A stretch of 64,000 bases of DNA from a virus. The notes under the pieces are model-generated. The model saw only the letters and a list, made by a program, of their open reading frames with translations, searched no databases and was not told where the DNA came from. Positions 19,592 through 30,010 of the stretch are shown piece after piece. Position 1 is the first letter of the stretch; each line of letters starts with the position of its first letter. The stretch covers positions 41,749-105,748 of IMG/VR virus record IMGVR_UViG_3300014152_000001; one strand, written 5' to 3'. The translations under genes were made by a program, and so were the position numbers.

Positions 19592-20023
19592 TTAGAACAG
19601 AAGTGCTACGATAGGCAAAGGCGTGGCAACATATGTGCCGCCCTGCAATGCGATAAGTCTAGTTGGCCCTGCTATGGGTGCAACATAACCATCGGTGGTT
19701 GCAGAAACGTCAAGATACTGACCAGCCGTGACAGTAGCATCGCAAAGCACAGTTACCTCACCACGACAAATGACATCAATTGCCGCGTTGAGTTGACCAG
19801 AGGTTTGGGCAATTCCAAGTAGGAATCCGCCTGTTACCGTTGCGGCCACAACTTCACAAGTGAAGTCTGCCGTAGTAGCCAACGTAACCAATGCTCCAAT
19901 GTATATTGCTGTCCCGTTTACATTTGCTATCGCATTGAAAGAGAGAAGGAATGAATCATTGTGGAAGGGTGCGCCTTCAAGAGTTCCGGGGAGCGAACTG
20001 CCGTGTGGAATTGGGATAGCCAT
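19592..20023 (-). CDS. capsid cement/decoration protein
   Basis: Small beta-rich protein (GALV...LGIA...V..RG....AG) immediately before the MCP. Confidence 0.7.
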   Translation of the reverse strand: MAIPIPHGSSLPGTLEGAPFHNDSFLLSFNAIANVNGTAIYIGALVTLATTADFTCEVVAATVTGGFLLGIAQTSGQLNAAIDVICRGEVTVLCDATVTAGQYLDVSATTDGYVAPIAGPTRLIALQGGTYVATPLPIVALLF

Positions 20024-20036
20024 TTTCTATCTCACT

Positions 20037-20552
20037 TTAACCCGACAGTAGACCCAGTTCCTTGAAGCGGCTTGAAGCACCTGTAATCTCCTTCCAGTAG
20101 TCTGGGAACTCCGCAGAGGCACCAAAGCCAGCGAGTGGACTCGTCTCTTCCTTGACCGCCCCAACGTTACCCTTTCCGGTAACTTCGGGAGCCTTGGCAG
20201 ACGCTTCCCTTGCTTTCTTGGCTTCCTCTACCTTGCTCTTGACTTCCTGAAGTCTCGACTTCAGTTCTTCAAGTTTCTTGCGCTTAACTTCCTCTTCTTC
20301 CTTCTTTTTCTTTTGGGCTTCCTCGTTTTCCTCGCTCTTTGCTTCAGATGCTCTCCTCAAGGCAATCCTCTGAGACAGCAACGCGGCTCTTTTACCGCGA
20401 AGGTCTTGCTGTTCCAGTTTTATGTTGACTTCCTTGATGATGGACATCAGACCATCGAGTTTGGATTCGAGAGAACCCATCTGCTTCACAATTTGGTCAT
20501 AACTGAGAGCCTTGCCCTCAGATATATCACCAGAAGGTGCGACAGTAGACAT
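20037..20552 (-). CDS. putative scaffolding protein
   Basis: E/K-rich coiled coil between protease and capsid genes. Confidence 0.65.
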   Translation of the reverse strand: MSTVAPSGDISEGKALSYDQIVKQMGSLESKLDGLMSIIKEVNIKLEQQDLRGKRAALLSQRIALRRASEAKSEENEEAQKKKKEEEEVKRKKLEELKSRLQEVKSKVEEAKKAREASAKAPEVTGKGNVGAVKEETSPLAGFGASAEFPDYWKEITGASSRFKELGLLSG

Positions 20553-20674
20553 TTTAGTTAGTTTTTTCTGGGTAGTATAGCATCGCCTTAGCCATCAACA
20601 CTACCATAAAAGTTGAAGGAGTCATAGGTAGTTTATATAGGAGTTTCGCCTTATTTAAACTCTGCGGTCAGGCT

Positions 20675-21955
20675 TTAGAGCCCCTCTTCATGAGACCGTT
20701 CCCTTCGATAGAAGTCGTAACCACAATTGGTGCATTTGAATGTATCCATACCCGTCTCGTCTGCATAGGTAGTCTGATAGGGTGTGGCAGTGCTTCCGCA
20801 ATTGGCACAACTCTTAAGAGCCTCGTCCTTTCCTTTTTCCTTTCCCCTCTCCACCAAAGGAAAGTCTTCTATTGAGCCGCCCTTGCCTTCGTCCTTCCAA
20901 GTAAGTGGGTCGCAAGTGTCGCAAACCAGATACTCACCAATCGGATGGGTTCCGGTCCTCTTATGGCAGAAGTCGCAGGAGCCACCTTCCTCGTCCTCTG
21001 GTTTGCACGGTGGCAGAGAATCTAGAAAGGCTTGCTCATCGGGAGTGAATCCTTCATCCTCTATGGGCTTGGCCGAAGGCAGACCTCTCTCCTTTTGAGA
21101 GTAATGAATATCAACTCGGTCTTCTGGATAGCCTTCCATCTGTATCTTAGCCACTCTAAGAGTGATTTCAGACACTCCAATGATGGCCATTGCGACTGCA
21201 TCAAAGGCCGAGATAAGCACTGGTGTCAAGTCCGGCATAATCACTTTAGCCTTCTTCGGGGTCTGTTTAGGCTGTAGAATGCCATAAGACTTGTCTTGAG
21301 GCGCAAATCTCTTCTGAAGAGCCCTGTCTAGACTGGCTTTGAAGCCAATCGGGGTCACTTCAGCCTTCTCGTAAGCCGGAATTGCGACCATGCTTTGCTC
21401 CAAAACCATCGGATGTCGGATGAGCATATCGAGACTTCCGCACCTTGGGCACGGCAAATCGAGGTCATCTATCCCCGCTTCCTCTTCTTTCTTGCCCATT
21501 GCGGCAATGCAATTATCGCAGTAGGCTTGTGGAACTGCAATCTGAATACTGTTAAACCTCACATAGCCTAACAGAATCTTCTGAATGAGGCTCTCGTCAA
21601 CGGTTTGACCAGCCCACAAGACCTTTCCAGTCTTCTCATCCTGTTCATCCTTCTCTACCCAAGCGTCTTCGACCTTACCGATGATTGAATCTACATGGTC
21701 GATGTCGTGGTCTTTCATCAGAGGAGCACCCTTCAGTTGGTCAGCGATGGCCTGAAGGTCTTCGATTGGGACACGCCACTTGTTTCTGTTCCTTGAGGTA
21801 TCAATTGCCATGCCACCAAGGTTCAGAATGTGCGGAAACTGACCTGTGGCTTTGTAGTTTTTAATGAGTTCTTGGTATTCTTTTCCTGTAATCAGTGGAG
21901 CGATACCAGAACTGTAGCGAAATTTGAAGCCCCTGCCGTCAAGAGGATTAGTCAT
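20675..21955 (-). CDS. prohead maturation protease with acidic Zn-ribbon C-terminal extension
   Basis: NRNKW...LMKDHD...IIGKV...NSIQ...EQSMVAIPAY; CxxC insertions. Confidence 0.8.
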   Translation of the reverse strand: MTNPLDGRGFKFRYSSGIAPLITGKEYQELIKNYKATGQFPHILNLGGMAIDTSRNRNKWRVPIEDLQAIADQLKGAPLMKDHDIDHVDSIIGKVEDAWVEKDEQDEKTGKVLWAGQTVDESLIQKILLGYVRFNSIQIAVPQAYCDNCIAAMGKKEEEAGIDDLDLPCPRCGSLDMLIRHPMVLEQSMVAIPAYEKAEVTPIGFKASLDRALQKRFAPQDKSYGILQPKQTPKKAKVIMPDLTPVLISAFDAVAMAIIGVSEITLRVAKIQMEGYPEDRVDIHYSQKERGLPSAKPIEDEGFTPDEQAFLDSLPPCKPEDEEGGSCDFCHKRTGTHPIGEYLVCDTCDPLTWKDEGKGGSIEDFPLVERGKEKGKDEALKSCANCGSTATPYQTTYADETGMDTFKCTNCGYDFYRRERSHEEGL

Positions 21956-22107
21956 CCTAGTAGGTTTAGGGTCGTAGGACTATTTAAACCCTACCTAGAA
22001 TGTTTAAATAGTGTGCTACTGTAGGGTATGAGCGATAGTAGAGAGAAACCTATAATAAGATACCGAGCCAGACCAAAGATGATACCCCATGGGTATCTGC
22101 GTTCTCT

Positions 22108-22428
22108 CTACTTCTTCTTCTTCTCTACTGATTTGGCGAACACACATATCGCCTGCCCTTCAGCGTGAACTATCTTCACTATCTGAGCCTTTCGATTCCA
22201 TAGATAGACTCTGGCAAAGTCAGCAGGTAAGGCTATAATGACTTGTCCATCTTTAACTGATACCGTTGCCTCGAACTTTCGAGCCGATGCGAACTCCAAT
22301 GCTTTGTGCTTCTCTTGAGTGATGTAAAATTCATCAGAACTTGGACCGTAAACGAAAGCCTTTGTGCCCCACTCCTCTGGCTTTACTAAATCTCCAAGCG
22401 GCAGGTTAATTGTGTCCATATTTGCCAT
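22108..22428 (-). CDS. hypothetical protein (possible AbrB-like swapped hairpin)
   Basis: ATVSVKDGQVIIALPADF. Confidence 0.4.
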   Translation of the reverse strand: MANMDTINLPLGDLVKPEEWGTKAFVYGPSSDEFYITQEKHKALEFASARKFEATVSVKDGQVIIALPADFARVYLWNRKAQIVKIVHAEGQAICVFAKSVEKKKK

Positions 22429-22884
22429 TTGCTCTCTCCTTTCGAGTAGGTTTCTTGTTACTAATAGGGATTCTGTCTACCCAACAGAGACAGGATTCGC
22501 TCTCCCAACCAAAGGTTTCCATACCATTAAGAGAAGGAAAGTCTGAGCCGTGGGCTCCTTTGGTGTGCGGTTTGGAGAAATCAGGTTCGGTCATTTTCTT
22601 GCACCATGTCCATATAAGATACAGGTAATGCAGTGGTAGGCTTGTCTAAGACAATGCTTTCGTAACCCTCTTCCATCCATTCCATTGGGGTCGGATGAGA
22701 GGAATCTAGCAAGCCAGTAGATACAATCGTCTACATCTTCCTTAGTCATATACGACATTTCTGTTCTCATTATGAATCACTATAACCGCAACAGAAACAA
22801 TGACATCCCTTCTCGGTGCAATCTGTAACTATAACCTTTCCACTATGACAAATGCAAGCAGGACAATAGATAGGGTCGGGATGA

Positions 22885-23181
22885 TTACTCAACCGCATCT
22901 ACTTTGAGGGTTCCGTAGCGACCAATGTTTAATTGCAACACGCCCTTGTAAGTGCTTGTGTATCCGTTGGAGATGGCTACTAGAGAATCCACTGCGACCT
23001 TACCGATGTCATCGCCCCAGAGCACCAACTTAATCTCGCCTGTCGCATCCTTCAGTTGGGCGTTGGCTACTGTTGTCGTGCCGCCTGCTCTAAGGTTGAC
23101 CGTCCTCGTATCTTCTTTGCTGACGATGAGGCCAGCAACGTCTACTTTCGTTACCTTATCCTTCAAGTCTTTGATGTCCAT
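22885..23181 (-). CDS. ssb: single-OB-fold single-stranded DNA-binding protein (crenarchaeal/TACK type)
   Basis: IKDLK...V.V.G.I.....R.V......VANA.L.D.TG.IKLVLW...NGYT..YKG.LQLNIGRYG. Confidence 0.88.
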   Translation of the reverse strand: MDIKDLKDKVTKVDVAGLIVSKEDTRTVNLRAGGTTTVANAQLKDATGEIKLVLWGDDIGKVAVDSLVAISNGYTSTYKGVLQLNIGRYGTLKVDAVE

Positions 23182-23204
23182 ATACCAGTAGTATCTATTG
23201 TCGG

Positions 23205-23573
23205 CTATATAAAGGTTCTGGCTTTGGCGTTAATCTCATTCATACCTTTGCCAGTTTTGAGGTTATGTGAAATGCTTCTGTGTAACTTTGCAGGTATGTA
23301 GATGGCAACTGAAGGAGTTATATGATGGAGCACTGCGCCTCTAAAGTGTTTGTTGAGAATAGTAGTAGTTGGGAGTTCTCTGTTTCGTCTGTGTTGCTCA
23401 ACCCGTACAATCGCTCTCACTTTCTCTGGATAGTCTGCTCGATATTGTCTCATGTAGTTCCGCATATACGCTTTGGAGTTCTTGTGCTTCTCTGGATGAG
23501 CCTTATTCCATGCGGTGCTCCAAGCAATCTGCTTCTTTCGATACTTCAGATACTTGGCTCTATTGTAACCCAC
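23205..23573 (-). CDS. HNH-like homing endonuclease
   Basis: Basic N-terminus; LHHI...IPAKLHRSISH; paralog of 24973..25425. Confidence 0.6.
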   Translation of the reverse strand: MGYNRAKYLKYRKKQIAWSTAWNKAHPEKHKNSKAYMRNYMRQYRADYPEKVRAIVRVEQHRRNRELPTTTILNKHFRGAVLHHITPSVAIYIPAKLHRSISHNLKTGKGMNEINAKARTFI

Positions 23574-23806
23574 AGCCTATATAGGGAATCTCCCCTATAT
23601 AAGCGTAAAGGTTTAGATACTTTTCATTGTTTCCCATGTCATCTTGTCTTCGGTGGTATAGCCGCATACTTGGCACAACTTTTGCTGGCCGTTGCTAGGG
23701 CTTTCATAGGGTTCTAACTCTCCCTCTTTGCACTTTGGGCACATCTCAACCATATCTCATAGGTAAGGTAGGAATCCTTATTAAGTCTTCTCTACCAAGG
23801 GTGGGT

Positions 23807-24106
23807 ATGACCAATCTATTGGAACGTGAGAGACGGGTAAAAAGGATTCTGAAGAAGTTGGGACTGGATACTCGCTTAGACCTTGATGTTAGGCTCACAG
23901 ACAAGATTAAGACTGGTCAAGCCCTTACCATCGTTGAGATTAATCCCGACCTTAGTGACAAAGAGTTTGACGAGACTTTTGCTCACGAACTACTTCATTA
24001 CTTAGGTCTTGAACACAACGAAACCACTAGACAACTCAGTTACTCGTCAACCGACCCCAAGAAGGACATTCTAAGCAAGACGTTGGCTAAGATGGTGAAT
24101 GAGTAA
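23807..24106 (+). CDS. small HExxH zinc-metallopeptidase-like protein
   Basis: TFAHELLHYLGLEH; TATA box at about 23777. Confidence 0.6.
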   Translation: MTNLLERERRVKRILKKLGLDTRLDLDVRLTDKIKTGQALTIVEINPDLSDKEFDETFAHELLHYLGLEHNETTRQLSYSSTDPKKDILSKTLAKMVNE

Positions 24107-24595
24107 ATGATTCTTGGTGTGGTGGGTTCGGGAGCAGACAAGTTTACGCCAGCAGGCGAGGTATTGGCTAGGAAATACATCCAAGCCCTTCTCATCGACA
24201 AAAGGATAGAGTCCAACCTACACGACCAACCTTTGGTCGTTAGAAGTGGGCATTCGATAATGGGTGGCGTTGACATTTGGGCTGAAGAGACAGCACGAGG
24301 TATGGGTATCACTTTAGACATTAAAGCACCAAAACAAGAGCGTTGGGATGCTCCCTATGGTTACAAGGCTCGAAACTTGGACATTGCCAAGTCCGATGAA
24401 ATCGAAGTCATCGTGGCAGACTCCTATCCCCTAGACTATAAAGGAGAGCGATTCAAAGAATGCTATCATTGTCATACTTCAGACCATGTGAAATCAGGCG
24501 GGTGTTGGGCAGGACTTCAAGCCCTAAAGATGGGGAAGAAGGCAGTGTGGATACTTGTTCACAATGACGGTAGTGGGGCTAGTCGGATTCGGTAA
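24107..24595 (+). CDS. SLOG-superfamily (YspA/DUF2493-like) protein
   Basis: ILGVVGS, VRSG...GGVDIWAEE.A, ARNLDIA. Confidence 0.65.
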   Translation: MILGVVGSGADKFTPAGEVLARKYIQALLIDKRIESNLHDQPLVVRSGHSIMGGVDIWAEETARGMGITLDIKAPKQERWDAPYGYKARNLDIAKSDEIEVIVADSYPLDYKGERFKECYHCHTSDHVKSGGCWAGLQALKMGKKAVWILVHNDGSGASRIR

Positions 24596-24947
24596 GACCT
24601 AACTCTGCTACATTCGCAACCTTTGGTGCGGTCTTAACTACATCATACGATTCCGAACCATCAGCCCATGCTCCGGCCACTTCAACACCAAACGACCAAT
24701 GCTCAGTAACAAGTTCAACACGAAGTCTGCCGCTGTCTGCATTGCCGCAGTTGACCGTCTCTCCGTTCTCTACTTGCATCGCCTGTTGGAAAACATCTTC
24801 AACGAGGATAGTGTATTGTTCTTCAATACGTTTGATTGTGGGTGGGTCAGGTGAACCAACCCATACCCAATGATAGGTATCAAATAGTAACTTGGCTCTC
24901 ATTGAAGCCAATGAGATTGCGTGTTGAAGGTGCTCTGGTAACTCCAT
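24579..24947 (-). CDS. hypothetical protein
   Basis: ORF with a TATA box about 24 nt upstream. Confidence 0.5.
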   Translation of the reverse strand: MELPEHLQHAISLASMRAKLLFDTYHWVWVGSPDPPTIKRIEEQYTILVEDVFQQAMQVENGETVNCGNADSGRLRVELVTEHWSFGVEVAGAWADGSESYDVVKTAPKVANVAELGLTESD

Positions 24948-24972
24948 GCCACTACCTCAGGTGGCTTTGTAT

Positions 24973-25425
24973 TTAAGGATTTGTTACCCATTCCATTACT
25001 TTGGCGTTAATCTCTCTCATGCCCTCTCCTGTCTTGAGGACATGGAAGACAGACCTATGTAAGTCCTTTGGAATGTAGATAGCCACAGAAGGAGTCATAT
25101 GGTGAAGATGTGCCCCCTTAAAGTGTTCATTGAGAATGGTATCGGTTGGAAGGTCTCTTGCCCTTCTATTCCTCTCAAGTCTACCAAGTTCTCGCATTCT
25201 CTCTAAGTGGTCTCTTCGATATTGCCTCATATAATCTCTCATATACTTTCTATGAGTAAGATGAGTCTTGTGATAAGAAGCACGATATTCTTTTGGATGC
25301 TCCTTCCGCCATTTTTGCGTTCTCTTAACATCGCATGATTTACAAATGTGTTTCGGCCATCTGCGTTGAGCCTCAGACCAATTATCGTTGGTTAGTTCTA
25401 TACCACAAACAATACAAGTAGACAC
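24973..25425 (-). CDS. HNH-like homing endonuclease
   Basis: CIVCG.ELT..NW...CKSC; HLHHM...IPKDLHRSVFH. Confidence 0.6.
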   Translation of the reverse strand: MSTCIVCGIELTNDNWSEAQRRWPKHICKSCDVKRTQKWRKEHPKEYRASYHKTHLTHRKYMRDYMRQYRRDHLERMRELGRLERNRRARDLPTDTILNEHFKGAHLHHMTPSVAIYIPKDLHRSVFHVLKTGEGMREINAKVMEWVTNP

Positions 25426-25576
25426 TATAGCCTATATAGGCATAGACCCCTATTTAAACATAAGTGTTCTCCGAGCCAAATATTCATCCCACTTACACTG
25501 GGCCTTCAGAAGATGACAAATCCCACATAAGTTTCTTGTGCCCTTAGAAGGGAAGGACTGGCCGCAGTTGACGCAC

Positions 25577-25975
25577 TCAAGGAGCAACCGCCTCACCGCT
25601 TGGTAGTTTCATCTTATCCAAGATAATGGCCTTCATATTGGCCATGAAGAACTTCCAGTTGAACTTGTTAACGTGAATGATTCTCCATCCCATTGCCGCA
25701 AGTTCGACATCTCGAATTTTGTCCCGCTTCTTTGCCTCTACCGAGAAGTGATGCTTCAGTCCATCATACTCGACTCCGACTTTTAGATGTGGGATTCCTA
25801 CATCCACCCATCGCTTCTTTCGTCTGCCCACAATCGGAACTGGATAATTTAGAATCGAAAGAGGATAAGGGTAAAGCATTCGGATATAGTGACACAATCT
25901 ATTTTGCTGGATGCTTGTGGGCGGATGCCATCTTCGTCTCCATCTCCTTGGCATAGATAGAAGATAGACTCCCAT
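25577..25975 (-). CDS. DUF559/Vsr-like PD-(D/E)XK endonuclease
   Basis: VDVG....KVGVEYDG..HH.....RDKIRD..L...GWRIIHV. Confidence 0.8.
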   Translation of the reverse strand: MGVYLLSMPRRWRRRWHPPTSIQQNRLCHYIRMLYPYPLSILNYPVPIVGRRKKRWVDVGIPHLKVGVEYDGLKHHFSVEAKKRDKIRDVELAAMGWRIIHVNKFNWKFFMANMKAIILDKMKLPSGEAVAP

Positions 25976-26022
25976 CTATATAAACCCTCAACTTTATAGG
26001 AAGGGCGTTACATAGTAAGGGC

Positions 26023-26256
26023 GTGTCCCTAGCAAACTTCAGAGAACTGGTAAGGGCTCGTCAGAACGAGTCAGAAGTGACTCGATGTAGTGCTACTCAA
26101 ACCTACACTGATGTCTTTGGAGACTTCTCTAAGACTCAGTGCCGATTCTTTGAAGGACATGATGGAGAGCATTACTTCGACCCTTCAGATATTCCTGACC
26201 CAAATGTAATAGTTGATGAAGACGGCATCAAGTTCATCTTCAGGATTCCACTTTAG
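26023..26256 (+). CDS. hypothetical protein
   Basis: Starts MSLANFREL; C...C...GH.G.H. Confidence 0.5.
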   Translation: MSLANFRELVRARQNESEVTRCSATQTYTDVFGDFSKTQCRFFEGHDGEHYFDPSDIPDPNVIVDEDGIKFIFRIPL

Positions 26257-26306
26257 AAAGGTGGCCAGTAGGTTTAAATAGTCCCGATGTATTAGAAGGA
26301 GTAGAC

Positions 26307-27041
26307 ATGACAGCATCACTAGGTTTCAGTGCGACTTCTGGTATCGTAACAGAAAAGATTACTGTTTACGGAGTAGGATATACTCCCAGTTCAACAATAA
26401 CTGTATCCACCTTCAATGGCGCACCGATAGTATTGACTCCAGCCATCCCTGCCACTGACGCAGTAACAGGTAATTGGACTGCCACATTTGTAGTTCCAGC
26501 CCTAGTAAGAGGAACTTACGCCTTTGTAGCCACTGATGCAGTCGCTCCTACTGCTACGCTAGGCTTTACTATTGTTCCGTCAATCACAGTCTCTCCAATC
26601 GCGGTTAATATGCTAACCGCAGGAGTCACTATCACTGGAAAAGGATTCACTTCTACCATACTCACCGGAGTCACCGTTGGTGGTGTTGTGCCCTCAGTTC
26701 ATCAGGCATTTCCACTTCCTAATGTTGTCACCGGAGCATGGACTATGACATTCACCGTTCCACTGGTTCCAACCACAGGAGCCGTTGACATCATAATCAC
26801 CGATGCTGACGAGACGGTTCAAACAACCTTCGCTGTTGCTGATTGGATAGTCGTTGACATAGGTGGACTAGCAGATACAGAATCAGGAGTCGCCATGTGG
26901 GGTATGCCAGTGATTACTGTCCTTAACTACACGGTAACATACGACAGGTCTATGGGTCTGTCTCCCACAATCTCGACAACACACACCTGTAGAAACGACC
27001 CAAGAACCGCGGGTGTCGGAAGCAACGTGTGGGACTCCTAA
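26307..27041 (+). CDS. Ig-like (IPT/TIG) repeat protein, short paralog
   Basis: Two ITV.G.G(Y/F)...F.VP repeats plus a C-terminal domain ending NVWDS. Confidence 0.75.
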   Translation: MTASLGFSATSGIVTEKITVYGVGYTPSSTITVSTFNGAPIVLTPAIPATDAVTGNWTATFVVPALVRGTYAFVATDAVAPTATLGFTIVPSITVSPIAVNMLTAGVTITGKGFTSTILTGVTVGGVVPSVHQAFPLPNVVTGAWTMTFTVPLVPTTGAVDIIITDADETVQTTFAVADWIVVDIGGLADTESGVAMWGMPVITVLNYTVTYDRSMGLSPTISTTHTCRNDPRTAGVGSNVWDS

Positions 27042-27129
27042 GAAAGTCTGAAGCCCCAATCTTCCATTTTTGTATTCCATCGAGTAAGCATCATCCTTAA
27101 ATACTCCCAAGTCTAAAATAAGAGTAGAC

Positions 27130-29781
27130 ATGGCTTCAATAACTCTTACTCCGGCTCTTGGCATTGTAGGAGCATCTATCACTGTGACGGGTTCAGGATT
27201 TGGTGATAATCTAACGCTGTCGGCTACTATCGGTGGCAATATACTAGCCTTACTTCCAGCCTTAGTTCAAACTGATGCAAGCGGTAACATTCCTGTGGGA
27301 ACCACCTTCGTAGTTCCGGCTATGGACGGAAACGCTGGAAATCCCTACACTGTTAACGTCTCTGATGGAAGTGTCAGTGCTAACGCAGACTTTAGTTTTG
27401 TTGCGGCAGTAAGCCTCAGTTCGAGTAGTGGTTATGTTGGAGACTCAGTTACCATAACTGGTTCAGGATTCTCCTATGCAAGTGGATTCCAACCGATAAC
27501 TTACCTTACATTCGATACTGGCGGTGCAGATATTGATATTCTAGCAACACCCGCACCTGTGGTTGCGTCAGATGGAAGTTGGAGCCAAGCCTTCATAGTT
27601 CCTCACGACACCAAAGGTCTCAAGGCTGTTACTGCTGATGATGCGTCTGGCGAGGGTTATCCCCATGCAGACTTCACCATCAACCCTGCGATAACTCTCA
27701 GCGATGGAGGTAACACACACGGTTTCGTTGGTGATACTGTCACCGCAACTGGAACAGGTTATACTACCACCATACTTTCAACAGCCACTTTCGCAACTGC
27801 GGCTGGTGCTCTAAGTCTCATCGGTGGGTTCCCCACTCCTAATGCTACTGGTGACTTCACCACATCATTCCTTGTCCCTGCTACTATCAAGGGTGCTCAT
27901 GTTGTTACACTTGCCAGTGTCACTGCTACGGCTGGCACTAACTTCACCACAGACCCACTACTCATACTTCAATACTTGGGCACTGGTTGGCCCGGAAGAG
28001 TAATCGGTGTCACTGGAACAGGCTTCAGCACAAGCAACGCTATGAGCACATTCACCTTCAATGGTCTTGTGCCCACAGTCCAAACTGTTACAACTGCTTC
28101 TACCGATGCACATGGTTCCTTCCCTAGTGCTGGCACTGCAACATTCACAGTTGATGCCTATCCTTGTGTTGTCGCTGGCTATCCTGTTGTCGCCACAGAT
28201 GCAGGCGGAGCCAGTGATACCGAAACATTTAAGGTCGAACCACACATCAACTTCGTTGGCGCAAATAGCGGTGTTGTTGGAGACACCATCACTGTCGCTG
28301 GTGTAGGATGGACATACGCTTTGGGAGTGACTCTCAACTCCATTACTCTTGAGACTGTTGTGCCCGGAACTCAAACCGTCACTGGCACTGCCGTTGCTGT
28401 AGATGGTAGTTGGGCCGCACAAACCTTCGTCATTCCAGATGTGACGGGTGGTCCTGACCAACTCCTAATAGGAAGCACTATAAGCGATAGTGCTCAAGAA
28501 CTTGTCACTGTCTCAGGGTCGATGACAACCTCTCTAGCCGATGCCATTGTTGGCACAGCCGCAGTCCATATCTATGGACATGGGTTTACCACTACTGCTA
28601 CTCCGATACTTTCCGTCACCTACAATACTCATGCACTTACAGTAGCACCAGCCCATCCAGTCATAGGAGCAGATGGTCAGTGGACAGCCACATTCACCGT
28701 TCCACATGAGCCTGCTGGCTCTCATGCGATTGAAGCCAAGAGTCAGGCTTCGGTTGACGATGTGACCTGCAATTTCATTATCGATACAACCTTCACACTC
28801 AGTCCGAGCAGTGGTCATGTTGGAGCCGTAGTCACCGTTGCCGGAACTGGTTACGATGCAACTTCAAACGTGAGTGTGTTCACTTTCAACGGTGTAGCAC
28901 CCGCAGGTCAAACCGTTACTGGACATAACACTGCCGCGAATGGCAACTACTCACAAGTCTCGCCAGCAGGTAAGTTCACTGTTCCAGCCATAGCCAAAGG
29001 CACTTACAATGTTATTATGACAGATGCGGGTGGTGCTACTAAGACTGTGACTTTCGCTGTCACTCCAGCAATAAGTCTTGCTCCTATCAGTGGCGATACC
29101 GGAGACACTGTTACTGTAACTGGCTCTGGCTTCTCCACCACAATACTCACTTCGGCAACCATCGGTGTTGCATTGACTTCTATACTTCCTCTTGCTCCTC
29201 CGACCCCTAGTGGAATTGGAGCGTTCACTTTCACATTCATAGTCCCAGACCTACCCGATGGCACTCAGACTGTCACCGTTAGGAATGCCGCTTCCACTGC
29301 CACTGCTTCCTTTAATGAGATTGCATCAATGACCCTCACTCCAACCTACAGCGGTAATGCAACTGTAATCAGCATTGTTGGAACAGGATTCACTCACTTA
29401 GATGCTATACTCACGCTCACAATCAATGGCATCACGCCCCCGAACAACACCTGTATCGGTGCAGTCGTTGATGTGACTGGCACTTGGAAGGGCACAATCA
29501 CAGTTCCTCTTCTAGACTTGGGTGTGTATACCATCGTAGTCACTGATACTCACGATGGAACCGTCACTGCTACTCTCACCATCTTGGATTGGACAAGAAT
29601 CATTGGAGGCGGAGATATGGGAAATGGTTCGGCCAACTATGGCATACCAAGCATGATTGGTGAAAGTGGTCTTACAGTGTTAGTAGACGAGTCCGAAGGC
29701 GTGAGACCATTTAAGATAGAGAAGCACATCTCCAAGAGATACCCCGGCAACGAGGACGGAACGAATGTCTGGGAATCCTAG
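27130..29781 (+). CDS. Ig-like (IPT/TIG) repeat protein, about 9 repeats
   Basis: Repeated L.P..G.VG..VT(I/V)TGSGF...F.VP units; C-terminal domain ending NVWES. Confidence 0.8.
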   Translation: MASITLTPALGIVGASITVTGSGFGDNLTLSATIGGNILALLPALVQTDASGNIPVGTTFVVPAMDGNAGNPYTVNVSDGSVSANADFSFVAAVSLSSSSGYVGDSVTITGSGFSYASGFQPITYLTFDTGGADIDILATPAPVVASDGSWSQAFIVPHDTKGLKAVTADDASGEGYPHADFTINPAITLSDGGNTHGFVGDTVTATGTGYTTTILSTATFATAAGALSLIGGFPTPNATGDFTTSFLVPATIKGAHVVTLASVTATAGTNFTTDPLLILQYLGTGWPGRVIGVTGTGFSTSNAMSTFTFNGLVPTVQTVTTASTDAHGSFPSAGTATFTVDAYPCVVAGYPVVATDAGGASDTETFKVEPHINFVGANSGVVGDTITVAGVGWTYALGVTLNSITLETVVPGTQTVTGTAVAVDGSWAAQTFVIPDVTGGPDQLLIGSTISDSAQELVTVSGSMTTSLADAIVGTAAVHIYGHGFTTTATPILSVTYNTHALTVAPAHPVIGADGQWTATFTVPHEPAGSHAIEAKSQASVDDVTCNFIIDTTFTLSPSSGHVGAVVTVAGTGYDATSNVSVFTFNGVAPAGQTVTGHNTAANGNYSQVSPAGKFTVPAIAKGTYNVIMTDAGGATKTVTFAVTPAISLAPISGDTGDTVTVTGSGFSTTILTSATIGVALTSILPLAPPTPSGIGAFTFTFIVPDLPDGTQTVTVRNAASTATASFNEIASMTLTPTYSGNATVISIVGTGFTHLDAILTLTINGITPPNNTCIGAVVDVTGTWKGTITVPLLDLGVYTIVVTDTHDGTVTATLTILDWTRIIGGGDMGNGSANYGIPSMIGESGLTVLVDESEGVRPFKIEKHISKRYPGNEDGTNVWES

Positions 29782-29785
29782 AAGA

Positions 29786-30010
29786 CTAAGACTCTTCAGA
29801 TGTAGAGCCTAATCTCTTCGCAATCATCCTTCCTATAGTCTCCACATTATCTGAATAGGTCTCTTCGGGTGTAAAGAAGGCCACCGCCTTACCTGCATGG
29901 ACGACATGGGCTATCCCTTTGGTTATGGTTATCATGGAATCAGTCTCATCGTTCTCCCAATGCCCCAGAATGGCACCCCTTTCGACCTCTTTTATCCTTT
30001 TCCATGTCAT
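29786..30010 (-). CDS. hypothetical protein
   Basis: ATGA-coupled ORF. Confidence 0.45.
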   Translation of the reverse strand: MTWKRIKEVERGAILGHWENDETDSMITITKGIAHVVHAGKAVAFFTPEETYSDNVETIGRMIAKRLGSTSEES

